DNA of 64,000 bases, taken from positions 62,001-126,000 of the forward strand of contig NIVC01001021.1 of NCBI GenBank assembly GCA_002269645.1, given 5' to 3'. Below, piece by piece: positions 22,394 through 34,900 of this stretch. The position numbers were made by a program, and so were the translations under genes. Origin of the DNA: Macrostomum lignano. Taxonomy: Eukaryota. The notes beneath the pieces are model-generated. The model had not been told where the DNA came from. It did not search any database and saw only the letters and a list, made by a program, of their open reading frames with translations. The stretch's first letter is position 1, and every line of letters starts with the position of its first letter.

Positions 22394-22687
22394 ATGAGTT
22401 CTCAACGCATTTTAAACTGTGCTCTGCTAATTTTATCTTGCAGCTTTCTGCTGATGAGTTCGCAGCCCGATCTGATTGCGGCTACTCCCATCGAACTTAA
22501 CGAAGAGGTCGTTGGTTCGAATCCCGACCAGACTGTGGACAATATTAGCAACGAGGAACGACGCGAACTGTCAGTGTTGTGCGTTGAGTTGGGTTGCGTC
22601 TGGAACGAGATGCGAACTGCCTGCAGCTGCCGCTCCTCTGTCAGCCGGAAGCGGTCGCCGCCCAGGAAGCCGCCAGGGATTTGGTGA
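22394..22687 (+). CDS. Small secreted peptide precursor, 97 aa: signal, acidic spacer, C-x4-C-x8-C-x-C peptide, RKR, then SPPRKPPGIW
   Basis: Single ATG ORF with a hydrophobic signal segment and basic cleavage sites (RR, RKR). GC-rich coding composition in AT-rich flanks; AATAAA near 22786. Confidence 0.75.
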   Translation: MSSQRILNCALLILSCSFLLMSSQPDLIAATPIELNEEVVGSNPDQTVDNISNEERRELSVLCVELGCVWNEMRTACSCRSSVSRKRSPPRKPPGIW

Positions 22688-24584
22688 TGCGGATTAATAA
22701 TTAAAAGCTAACAATGGAAAAACAGAATCCTCCCTTATCAACTCTGTGCGATTGCGAATTTTATTTTACAGCTGAAAATTTATGAATAAAAATATAACAA
22801 AATTTAAGAACTGTTTGGTTTTTCGACAGAGTTAATTATAGAAATTAAGTTAATATCAGCATGCATGACTATTACCTTCTATTAGTTTTCCATTGTAACT
22901 GCTAGTAGTGGCTTTTTAGCTATGATTAGTTTGCTTTGGCAACGCTTAGCGCTGGAAATTGCTGTTCAATTATCTCTTTTGTTCGTGGCTAATTTTGACT
23001 GTGCTGTGAGAGTGAAGTGGCTCTCGACACGCAATGCCTGCTGAGCGTACAAGAGATTTTCAAACTTAGCAATTTAGTAGAGGTCAATCAGGCTCTTGAG
23101 CCAAAATATCAATCGCGTATCGGAGCTACCGGTATAGTGACAATAACGATGAGTCATATAGGGTGTGTTTAGCTTTTGGCTTTAGCTTTTGGCACGCAAA
23201 ATACCAGAAAAAATCTAATTTAGCGTCTCATAAAATTCAAATTAAAAGAAATTAATAAAAGTATTCTAAATTTGTTAGCAACAAATTAAATTTGAGTCGT
23301 GAGTTGTACTTTCTAAAGACTTTTTTCTAAGAAACATGCTTTACATAGCATACAGGCAATCATCTGCATGTATTGTAAAAATTATTCTATATATCGTGCA
23401 GGCTGAACGATTTATCACACTTTAGGCGCACATCAAGTACAGAGCAAGGCGCACATGTAGAATAAGCGAATGCGTTCAAGAGTTCGTAAATATCTTGGAC
23501 GAAGTTATATAAGCTTAAAAATCACTTGCAACACTTGGACGAGAGTGCTTTGCAGTAGCCATGTTTGAACACAACTCCCGAGGGATCATTTGGAAATCTT
23601 AGATATCAAATTATAAATGCGAATCAATGCATCGAGTCAGTTTGATAGGTTTTCTCATTTTATTAAGCCGACTGCCTTCCTATTCAAATGAAGAAGAGTA
23701 TAACTAGCTACATGTAATTGCATACAGATGCATCAAGTGCGTCATGCAAATTGAACTGTTACAGCAGAGGTTCGGATCTTCTACAAAGCAGGCTAGGGCA
23801 GGTTTGATGTGGATTTCTTCGCCTGATAATTTAATATTCTTTTTTAAGTGGGTATTGTATTAACAGGCACTTTCTGTGAATGCCTCTGTAGTGACCTTCG
23901 CGAAAATTCGATGCATTAATTATGAATTATTTAATTTCTAGAAACACTACACCTCAACACAGATGAATTTCAAGATAACGATGTTAACTTTTAATTTCCG
24001 GGAAAAACCGTCTCGCGTTATAAAACGTTAGAAAATGGTGTAAATTAGTTACCTAGTATGCTTGTTAAAATATATTCGTCTAAATATAAATGTTATCGGC
24101 ACTTGCATTTTGTACACGTTAGTCTACATGTAAGTGTGCATGTATTTATGATAAACAGAGTAAAGATGCAGTCATATTCTATGTGTATTACGAGTGCACA
24201 ATCTTAAATATAAGCATCTGAGAAACTAGCAAAAAGCACACAGCGTCAGCGAACTGATGCGTTTATGTATTCTCTGTAGCGGTTCCAGTCGTCCTAAACT
24301 CATCACGATAATTAAATGTAATTTGAATCAGTTCCAACAGAGTAATTATCGTAGATCAAACCAGTTAAACATATTAAAAATTCTAGCTTCAAAAATAATA
24401 ACTTTTTCTAACCGAAATTTCAGCACCAGCTTTTTTTAAAAGAATAAGTTCGCTTGTAATTATAGCTTTACATCTTCTTTAAACTAAGCAGTCAACAATT
24501 TCACAGTAATTTCAACTTTCACATCCCCATCCAATTTTTCGATAATTTTAGAAATTTAATTTTGTTGATCTTTTGTGACATTTT

Positions 24585-24760
24585 CAGTAGCGCAACCAGA
24601 AATTTTTCAAGGGGGGGGGGCGGATTCTGAGGGTAAAGTCCCGGGAGGGGTGGGGCGGCGGAGGGGTGGCTCTGTTTTTGGCGAAAATTCGCTTGGTCCC
24701 CCCTATGATTTTTTTTTCGGTCCCCCGCCTAAGGGGGGGGCGACCGTGGTTGCGCCACTG
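24585..24760. mobile_element. hAT-type MITE, 176 bp
   Basis: TIRs CAGTAGCGCAACCA / TGGTTGCGCCACTG; perfect 8-bp TSD GACATTTT at 24577-24584 and 24761-24768. Confidence 0.9.
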
Positions 24761-27700
24761 GACATTTTCAGCAGTGTATAGGTCTAATCTAATGAATGGA
24801 AAAACTTGTCAGGTAGACAAACTTAAATAAATTTGTGATTGTCCTTTTTGAGAGATAAATCTAGTGTGCAATGGATTCTGTGCTATAGTATAGTGTTAGT
24901 AGGCCAGGCTAGGCCTGAATCGAATGCCTAATACAGTGCTATAAAACAGTTTTAGTTCTATTCGCCCCTAAAAATATTTATTTGTTGAAAATAAATTACA
25001 TTAACTGTTTTGAAGTAAACACAGATGATAGATTAGGTGGATTTTTTGAACTATTGGTGAATAATATTTTAGGGGTAATTAGACTATTAGGTTCTAGAAT
25101 TTGCGACTAGGTGGTCCCAAAGATCAGGAATAATTTTAGGCCTAGCCTACCTGAACTTCAACAGATGCTATATGCCTTTATTGAATTTGAAATTTTTGCT
25201 TGAAATTTTCTGAAAATTTTGCTTTGAAATTTTTGCTTGAGAAGATTGTATCTCCATAATGCTTTTAGCCATAGGTGTTATAAAATTTAGTTGTTGTTAA
25301 ATCAGAAGCAAAATCCATTTTAGCTATTATGTTATTTAGCCTTTAGGGTTTGTGAAATTTAGCATTTGTGAAATTTTGTACATGCCTTTCAAGGCATTGT
25401 GAAATTTAGGGCTTGAGAAAGATTGTAGGCCTATTTCCACAGAGCTTTTATTTTAGGTGTTATTAAATTTAGCCTCAGGGCTTGTGAAATTTAGGTGTTA
25501 TGAAATCTGCTGCATTGCTTTTTGATTTTGTGAAGTTTATTGTTTACAAAATGTAGGTTTTATAAAAGGTTCTGCTTTCAATGCAATGAAAATTAGGGTT
25601 TGTATAATGACCCCCTTGGCCTATCTGTTGCAATGCAATTTCACAAATGTTTTGCTTATATCTATATAGACCTACTAAATATGGTCTCTGACTGTTTTTA
25701 CCCTGGCTGCCTCTCTGGTAGCTTGTCTTAGGGTTGTGCACAATCCTATTGGCCTGGCTTTGGCCAGCCCAATTTTTCTAAGAGTCCACCCCAGAGGGGC
25801 TGTGCCCATTCTAAAAATAACCCTACTTTTTGTTCCAATTATTTCGGCCCTCGGCCTTGGTTTAGGGGGGTGTACCTAGAGTGAGTGCATACTCTGGACT
25901 GCAGTGTGGCTAGAATGGGACTTGAGCCCCTGGTCGTACCTACCCTGCAAGAAAGAATGACCATTCACAAAGGTGTATAGTAGAGCCTAGTTGATTCCAG
26001 CCCTGACACTGTGCCCCGGGAAGCAGATAGCCTGCTAGGTTGGGTTCAGGTGCTCCTCCTTTCTGCCATTCTTTTTTTCTAGGCTGGTATCCCAGCGCAG
26101 TTTTATCCCCCTGTTTTTATCTGGCCATTAGATGCCTCTAATCTTCGGAGTTCTGAGCTCTGCCCTCCCTGCCCGGTCCATCCTGCGCTGTCTTTGGTCC
26201 ATCTGCTGGCTCCTCTGGTTGTCTCCCTGCCTAAGTGTCTCTGGCTCTGATCCTGATAGTGGATTGGTGTTAGGTTGGATGTTTGTCCCGAATCAGGGAT
26301 ACTGGCTGAGTCCGGGTCCTCTTGCTCCTTGTGCCCCTTCCCAACCCCTTGGCCTGGCCTCCAATATTGAGCTAGATAGGCAATACCCTTGGGTTTGTAG
26401 CCAGTAGATAGTCTTCCTGCCTGGAGTCTCGCCCTTAGAAACAAGCCTTCCAGACTTGCTCTAATAATTAAAGCCATTTCCATAGGCATAGACTTCGGGG
26501 TTTCCCCACTCTCAAACCACTTTCAGTAGTAACCCAAGCTTTTTTGCTAATTCCAATTTTTTCTGCACACTCCCAAGGACTTGTCTGCTGGTGGTGGCCT
26601 GGGTGGACTTGGTCCTAGCACCGTCCCTGATTCCACTCTTTGGGTTGGTGGTGTCTTGTACCGTAGGTTTGGGCTAGTAGCACCAAAATTTCCCCTGGCC
26701 TAGACATCAGGCCCAAGCATGTGGGTATCTCAGGCTTTGGCCCTTGGCAGTGCCCTTAGCAGCAGAGCCCCCTTTTGGGCTGATCCATGGGTAGCCCCTG
26801 GCTTCCCACCCTCGTTTAACAACAACATATAGACCTACTTTAGTTTTATTGGCAACTTTTTTGAGCATGGTCACTATATATAGACATCTTATGTTTGAAT
26901 TTGATTGAATAGTATGAATTGAATCTTGATGCACCAAATTTACAAATATTGCTTAATATTATTAACCATTACTTAAACAAGTCTATATCAAAATGAATAA
27001 TTTTTCTCCATTTATTTTGACCTCTCTCATTTCTTTATTGTGGCTTTTTATAATGCTTATTAAATATTTGCTACTGTTTAGCTTACTATAAAATGTGTTA
27101 ATATTTTTGTTTTTTATGCTGACTTTATTTGAACTTTTAAACAAAGTATCCCAATGTAATGGCTGGCATAAGAGATAAAAATCCATTGAATTCTGACATT
27201 AATTTGGTTCATTGTGAATCCCAATTATCACAAGTAAGTAGCAAATTTCTTTGGTTAGTTGAACTTACAACATTGTAATATACTAATATATATTAATTTA
27301 ATATCTTATAAATATTTCCACATCGAAGTTAAACTTATGTATCAATTTAATGTATTAGCTTAAATACAATCTCATTTAACCAGGAACCTGCAACTGCATC
27401 AACACCAAAATTGGATGCTGTGAGCCAGTCTCTTTTGGATTTGGAGTTCAACCAAACAGGGGAATCTATAGGTTTCAATGTGAGTTTATATTTTTTTATG
27501 TAAATGTAAGCTTATTTTCTTTGGTAAATCAATGCAAAACCTATAAAAACTAACATTTTTCTAAATTTATATATTACAGTTTCTCTACATAAGGTAATAT
27601 TATTTTCAAAGCAACTTGTATGCCTGAATTAATTTCAGCTATGTAATCATTTTGTTTATTTTTGATTGTTTTTATGTCTACCTAAATCTTAGTTTCAATC

Positions 27701-28054
27701 ACTGCGAAATAAAAAAATCTTGAATTAAAAAAGCATGACCTGTTAGTAAGCTTGTAAAATATTGTTTTTAGAAATCAATTATTCAAATTTACATGATTTT
27801 TCAATGTTTCACATTTGCCAGACAACTTTTGCTATGCAATTCACTCAGATTTAATAAAATGCATAAAATCTTTATGGATAAATTATCTATTTTATTTTTT
27901 TTTCATGCATAATTTCTGTGTGGAAATGCTACTATTTAGTAGTATGCATGCTTGTGTAGATTAGACAAATGCCAAATGCTAATGAGTTTACAAGTTTTCA
28001 GATGTCACCAGCACCCATTCATTTTTACATTGAGAAAACATTCTCATTCATTTG

Positions 28055-29600
28055 GTGTCGCCATCTCATTCACATGGTGTCGCCATCTCATTCACAATCG
28101 CATGGTGTCGCCATCTCATTCACAATCGCATGGTGTCGCCATCTCATTCACATGGTGTCGCCATCTCATTCACAATCGCATGGTGTCGCCATCTCATTCA
28201 CATGGTGTCGCCATCTCATTCACAATCGCATGGTGTCGCCATCTCATTCACATGGTGTCGCCATCTCATTCACATGGTGTCGCCATCTCATTCACAATCG
28301 CATGGTGTCGCCATCTCATTCACATGGTGTCGCCATCTCATTCACAATCGCATGGTGTCGCCATCTCATTCACATGGTGTCGCCATCTCATTCACATGGT
28401 GTCCCATCTCATTCACATGGTGTCGCCATCTCATTCACATGGTGTCGCCATCTCAGTCACAATCACATGGTGTCGCCACCTCATTCACATGGTGTCGCCA
28501 TCTCATTCACATGGTGTCGCCATCTCATTCACATGGTGTCCCATCTCATTCACATGGTGTCGCCATCTCATTCACATGGTGTCGCCATCTCATTCACAAT
28601 CACATGGTGTCGCCACCTCATTCACATGGTGTCGCCATCTCATTCACATGGTGTCGCCATCTCATTCACATGGTGTCCCATCTCATTCACATGGTGTCGC
28701 CATCTCATTCACAATCACATGGTGTCGCCATCTCATTCACATGGTGTCGCCATCTCATTCACAATCACATGGTGTCGCCATCTCATTCACAATCGCATGG
28801 TGTCCCCATCTCATTCACAATCACATGGTGTCGCCATCTCATTCACAATCACATGGTGTCGCCATCTCATTCACAATCACATGGTGTCGCCATCTCATTC
28901 ACAATCAACATGGTGTCGCCATCTCATTCATATGGTGTCGCCACCTCATTCACAATCACATGGTGTCGCCATCTCATTCACAATCACATGGTGTCGCCAT
29001 CTCATTCACAATCACATGGTGTCGCCACCTCATTCACATGGTGTCGCCACCTCATTCACATGGTGTCGCCATCTCATTCACATGGTGTCGCCATCTCATT
29101 CACAATCACATGGTGTCGCCACCTCATTCACATGGTGTCGCCACCTCATTCACATGGTGTCGCCATCTCATTCACATGGTGTCGCCATCTCATTCACAAT
29201 CACATGGTGTCGCCATCTCATTCACAATCAACATGGTGTCGCCATCTCATTCACAATCACATGGTGTCGCCATCTCATTCACAATCACATGGTGTCGCCA
29301 TCTCATTCACAATCACATGGTGTCGCCATCTCATTCACAATCACATGGTGTCGCCATCTCATTCACAATCAACATGGTGTCGCCATCTCATTCACATGGT
29401 GTCGCCATCTCATTCACATGGTGTCGCCATCTCATTCACAATCACATGATGTCGCCATCTCATTCACATTATGTCTGATTCACATTATGTCGCCATCTCA
29501 TTCACATTGTCTCATTCACATTATGTAGCCATCTCATTCACATTGTCTCATTCACAATATGTCGCCATGTCAACCACATGGTGTCGCCATCTCGTTCACA
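28055..29600. repeat. Minisatellite (CATGGTGTCGCCATCTCATTCA[CAATCA])n with 22/28-bp units
   Basis: Directly visible. It lacks stops in all three + frames, which produces the spurious ~500-aa ORFs. Confidence 0.95.
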
Positions 29601-30227
29601 TTGTCGCTTTCTTACACATTTTAGTTTCACTTACGTGCCACTCGCACTAAGACAATTCTTTAACAATAGCTATATATACATATCTGAAAATATCGATTAA
29701 TATCAATGTCACCGCTTAGGTACTATCTAGCTCGTATGCTAATTTAAAATATTGAAAAAAACCCTGAATACTACTGCCCAAATTTAGCCGCACCAATACA
29801 TTCGCTGAAGGCTCTCTTTGAAAAAAAGTGGGAAATAATTTCTGGGAAGAATTTCAGCTGCTCTGTGTAAGTCGCGACCGCTGAGGAAGAGGAGGAGGGA
29901 GGTTGTGTCGAGTCTCGGGGTCGCTGGCTCGGTGATCAGAGAAATACAGTTTTAAGAAATACCCCGGAGCTGAGCTCTGCATGCCTGGGTGTAGCCTATA
30001 TGAGTTGATTGTTCGTGTAGCCTAGTTCTCACCTAGCTCCCCCCTCCTAGTGATCCTTACTAACTACCCTCTGGGACTTCTGCGTGCAGTGTTTGTGCCT
30101 GTACTCCTCATGGAAATCTAGAATGTAGTGATCTGGAGTTTGTAAACAGTATTAGTATGAACTTGTTGTATAGACACATACACATACATAACTTGTATAG
30201 ACATTTGTGAATTTGTTTAGGTCTTAT

Positions 30228-30780
30228 GAGTTTAGGTCATGTGAAGTTTAGGTCATGTGAAGTTTAGGTCATGTAAAGTTTAGGTCATGTGAAGTTTAGG
30301 TCTCGTGAAGTTTATGTCATGGGAAGTTTAGGTCTCGTGAAGTTTATGTCATGGGAAGTTTAGGTCTCGTGAAGTTTCGGTCTTGTGAAGTTTATGTCTT
30401 GTGAAGTTTATGTCATGTGAAGTTTAGGTCTTGTGAAGTTTATGTCATGGGAAGTTTAGGTCTTGTGAAGTTTAGATCTTGTGAAGTTTAGGTCATGTGA
30501 AGTTTAGGTCTCGTGAATTTTAGGTCTCATAAAGTTTAGGTCATGTTAAGTTTAGATCTTGTGAAGTTTAGGTCTTGTGAAGTTTAGGTCTTGTGAAGAT
30601 TATGTCATGTGAAGTTCAGATCTTGTGGAATTTAGGTCTTGTGAAGTTTAGGTCTTGTGAAGTTTAGGTCTTGTGAAGTTTAGGCCATGTGAAGTTTAGA
30701 TCTTGTGAAGTTTATGTCATGTGAAGTTCAAGTGTTGCGAAATTTAGGTCTTGTGAAATTCGGGTCTTGTGAAGCTTAGT
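30228..30780. repeat. 16-bp minisatellite (GTGAAGTTTAGGTCAT/TT)n
   Basis: Directly visible. Confidence 0.92.
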
Positions 30781-30993
30781 CTTTATAAAAGTCAATACTT
30801 GAATATTTTTAGCAATGTAAAATTTAGGTGTTGTGAAAGCGCCTTCTACAAATATTTTGTCGGTTGAACTTAAATTAGGCTTTACATGTAGTTGCCTGCC
30901 ACTCCAGATATTGTGTTTAAGAATCCTCGCCTTTCCTCTGTTCACCCTTCTTGAAATTGGGGGGGGGGATCGATTGATAATACACTCGCACAC

Positions 30994-30997
<4 letters not shown>

Positions 30998-31065
<68 letters not shown>
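30998..31065. repeat. (AG)n microsatellite
   Basis: Directly visible. Confidence 0.95.
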
Positions 31066-31582
31066 CATCGGCGAGCTTCTTGTTTCCTCTACGTCTCTCT
31101 TCCGATCAACTCTGACTGTGCCAGAGAGTAGTGTATAGAAAACTAAAAAAAATCGATAATTTTGCCTGCTCATTCCGCGAGCTGACTGGCTGAATTCCGC
31201 GTTTCTTTCTTTGCTCTACTAACTGGAGCCAACCGCGTGGCTCCCAGCCACCCAGCCCAATACAATGCCAATACCCTTCGATCTTTGAATAGCGCAACGC
31301 CCAACATTGCTTCAGTATCAAATATTTAAAAATATCAGCCTGTTAGAATCTATAACAACCTAGAATCTATCTACACACAATTTTACTTGGACGTCACTGT
31401 TGCTGCTGGGAGCTTTGAAGTCGCTATATTTTTCTAACGGTAAGTAGTCAAGTTTTTATAACTATTTTTGATTTGTTTCTATCTTCTTGTCTTGTCTTGT
31501 CTATTTAGTGGTCACACGGGTATTCAAGCTAATAATAACTGGGCTAGCATGCAAGAGTGCAGTTGTTAGTCGTGAATATGGC

Positions 31583-31735
31583 TGCCGTTGCTAAGCCAGG
31601 TAGTGCCGTTGCTAAGCTTGGTAGTGCCGTTGCTAAGCCAGGTAGTGCGGTTGCTAAGCAAGTTAGAGCCGTTGCTAAGCCAGGTAGTGCCGCTGCTAGA
31701 GTGACAGTGCCGTTGCTAAGCCAGGTAGAGCTGTT
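31583..31735. repeat. 21-bp minisatellite (GCCGTTGCTAAGCCAGGTAGT)n in the putative 5'-UTR intron (donor ~31440, acceptor 31868)
   Basis: About 6 imperfect copies visible. Confidence 0.85.
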
Positions 31736-31914
31736 GCTGAACTCCAAGCGGAATAAAACAGTTGCTATGCAGGATAGTAATGATACCAAGCGGGACAGTG
31801 CCATTTATAAGTGAGATAGAATCATTACTGAGGTAGTGCTCAGTGCTCACATACCAATGTCATTCCAGGCGTACTGCTAAACGCACAAACCAGCTAGCTG
31901 ATCAATACCCAGCC

Positions 31915-34900
31915 ATGCCAATCGCCTCCGGCGCAGGAGGTAAACCGAAGCAATACGGCATCAAGCCGGTGCCAACCAAGCATCCGACCACTGGTCGCAG
32001 CCTCACCGCCAATCGTACCACCAATCTGCGTAGAGAGAATGCCGCCTCTAGATCCACCGCTAATTTGTCTTCAAGTGCTAAACCGGCTCAGAGTCAGTCG
32101 GCAACGGCGTCTGAGCAGCACCCGCAGCAGCAGGACGCATCGCCGATGCGTCGCAAGCATCAACAACAGCGAGGCCAATCAGCCGATCGAATGATCAACG
32201 CTCCGCCCCGAGTCGAAGAGCGTCGACATTTACAAGTGCACAGCCTGTACGGCAGCCGGCCGCCGTGGGCAACCGATTTCGACTACGACTACGACGAAGA
32301 CAACGAAAACGACAACAACGACAACGTTGCAGAAAGCAACGACAGGCATGATGGTGGTAGCGATGCGGAGCGTGCAGCGTCGAGACAGCGCAGTCGGAGT
32401 GAAACTCGCCGATCCGTAAAGTCCAAGTCGCCGTCGCTATCGCCGTTGCCTTCGATGCAGCGGTCCCAGCCGCCTCAGAAGGCGGGGCTTCAGCATCCCG
32501 AGTTGAAGCATCGCTGCGTCGGTACTACCGACGATGACGTTTTAAATTGGCCGCCGCCTCCGCCACAGTCGCAGTCGCCCTTGCAGCATCGACGTAGACG
32601 ACGTTCGTCACCAACGTTGGTGGACGCGGCTAATTCTCCGATCGTGCTGTCGCCGGTGGCTTTCGAAGTTCCGATGCCTGCGAAAAAATTTAGCAGCAAA
32701 AGCGGCTTTGACGAACGCGACAAGGGTGACTATGACGACTCTGACAAAGTCCAGCATCGTCGAGACCGACGTCGTAGAGTTTCATCGTCTCCCTCGCCGT
32801 CTCTGGAATATCGTAGTTCAGCCCCGCCACCGGCTGCCTTGTCTGCCAGCAAGCCACTGTCACCAACTCCGCAGATTCGCCTGGTGCCTCGCCGGCCAGC
32901 CTGCATAGACAGGACGCGTCGGTCGAGCGGTCGGCCGCACTCGGACATCCGGCGTCAAGCGTCCATAGATGGCGATCTGGACGACGCTGGCTACGAGAAC
33001 GATGACAGTGCAGCTCAGGAGTCTCCGCGCCAGCAGCGCCAGCAGCGCCATCAGCAGCTTCAGCAGTCTCCGCTCCTGCGCAAAGATTCTGACGAGCGTC
33101 AGCCAAGCCGCACTACGACTTCGGGTTATCGAAGCGCTGCCAGTTCTCCGCAACGCGGCGGCGGCGGCACAGTTAGTCGGCCTCCACTAGCGGAGCCGTC
33201 TCAGCCGCCAATCAAATCCGACAATGACGAGAAGTTCTATACGAGCGGCCGCACCTACGACAGACGTCCCAGCGTTCGTAATCAGCAGAATCAGCATCGG
33301 CGTCGACAAAAGTCCGACGACGAACGCGATGACGAGAATTCAGGATCGGAAATTTCGTCAGTAGACACGGAGGTGCTTCGGCCCAGGCGAAACTCTCGAG
33401 CGGCCGCCGCCGCCGCAGCCGCTGCCGCTGTTGACGACGCTCTTCGAAGATTGTGGGGCGACAACGAAGGCGCCGCCGAAGAAAATCGACAGCAGTCGCG
33501 ACGAAGAGCTCGTCCGCAGCAGCAGCAGCAGCAGCCAGTTCACTCCAGTAACGACAAGGCCACGCAGACTGGTCCGATGGCCGTCTCCGCCGCTCCGCCG
33601 CGTCTGTCGCCGTCTCGTTACCGCCATCGACCATCCGAACTGCGCCTGTCGCCAGCCAAATTATTGTCCAGTTCTTCGGAATCTTTGCCGCCAAGTCCTA
33701 CAGGCGAGGAGGTGGCTAATGCCATACTGAGAGCCGTGCCAGCCTCTGAGCAGCAAAGACAGGCTCAGCAGCATCCCGACAGAGAGCAGCCTCAGCCCAA
33801 AGACACTACTCAACGAATTGAGCACTGGCTTGGCAATGGCTACGGACAACCTCAGCAGCAACAATTATCGCCCCCATCAAAAGATCAACACCAGAAGCCG
33901 CAAGCTCCTGTAGGCGACACGTCCGGTTCATTCTGGTACGCCGAGAATCGTCAGCCTCGTCACCTGACTTACTCATATAATCCGGCCCCATTGGAGTCCA
34001 ATCCGATTCGCACTGGCAAAGTGCGAGCGCTGGCTCTACAGTTTAATCAGTCGGAACGTCCTCTGACGGGACAGATGCAACATCAGCCGCAGCAGCAGCA
34101 GCAGCAGCCGCAGCAGCAGCCGCAGCAGCAACCGGTGCAGCTTAGAAATAGTCGAGCACCGATGATGCCGCATCGTGAGCAGCCTGCTCAGCGGCAGCCT
34201 CAGCCTCAGCAACAACAACAGCTGCGCCCAACACCCAACGCCGCGGCGCAGCAGCCTCAGCCGCCTCCGCCGCAGTCGCAGGCTTTGCGCGAATCACTCT
34301 TAGCCGACTCCAAGACCTTCTACTATGGCGACAAGGCCGCTCTGAACAGTAGCGAATATCATAATCGACCGAATTTGGAGATAATTGGCTCGCCAACGCC
34401 CGTTAATGGCGTCTCCGCTACAGTTTATAACGCCAGTAATGCTGACCAGCTGTCCGCCAGGTATTAGCACAGGTGCAGCGTAAGCCGATCCGCGTAGATT
34501 AGGGGCACCGGAAACTGTGGTTTAGACTGAAGCTGAGTACCCGTTGAAAACGTTACCTTGACAAGAATCGCTAGAATCATTGCAAGCAGCTCACGAGTGA
34601 CTTAACGCAATAATGCTTCAGGCTTGCATTAGTAATCTAAGTAATGTCTGATGCGCATGTTTGCAGCAAAAAATATATTTTTATTCAATTTGAATCAGGC
34701 TGAAATATACAGTAACTGTTAATCTCTAATCGAAAGTACGTTCCCTACTTTTTCTTGTCTGCATAGGTTTGCTTCGCTTTTTTATTGGCACCTCTGGTGA
34801 TTGCACTTCTGATTTCGAATCTTTTAGTGTTACCTTTTATTCGTGTTGCTTTTGTTTGTGTTCTCTATTAGTAAAATTTTTACTTTGTCTATTACTATGG

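Noticed and set aside
22505-22530. Perfect Pol III B box GGTTCGAATCC inside the peptide ORF
   Set aside because: There is no A box or cloverleaf; it is explained by the codons for G-S-N-P.
22580-22630. C-x4-C-x8-C spacing reminiscent of an insulin A chain
   Set aside because: It lacks the CC doublet and any B-chain cysteines.
24780-27900. Possible additional decayed element with a GC-rich centre and ORF 26103-26489
   Set aside because: No termini, TSD or recognisable domain were found by eye.
27952-29528. Three overlapping 465-519 aa His/Cys-rich ORFs
   Set aside because: They are translations of a stop-free 22/28-bp minisatellite open in all three frames; not a credible protein.
34465-34485. 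Possible stop-codon readthrough (TAG-CAC followed by an in-frame GTAAGC donor at 34480 that would join the acceptor at 40597)
   Set aside because: A conventional donor at 34436 (GTAATG, phase 1) joins the acceptor at 40559 without readthrough. RNA-seq junctions would decide.
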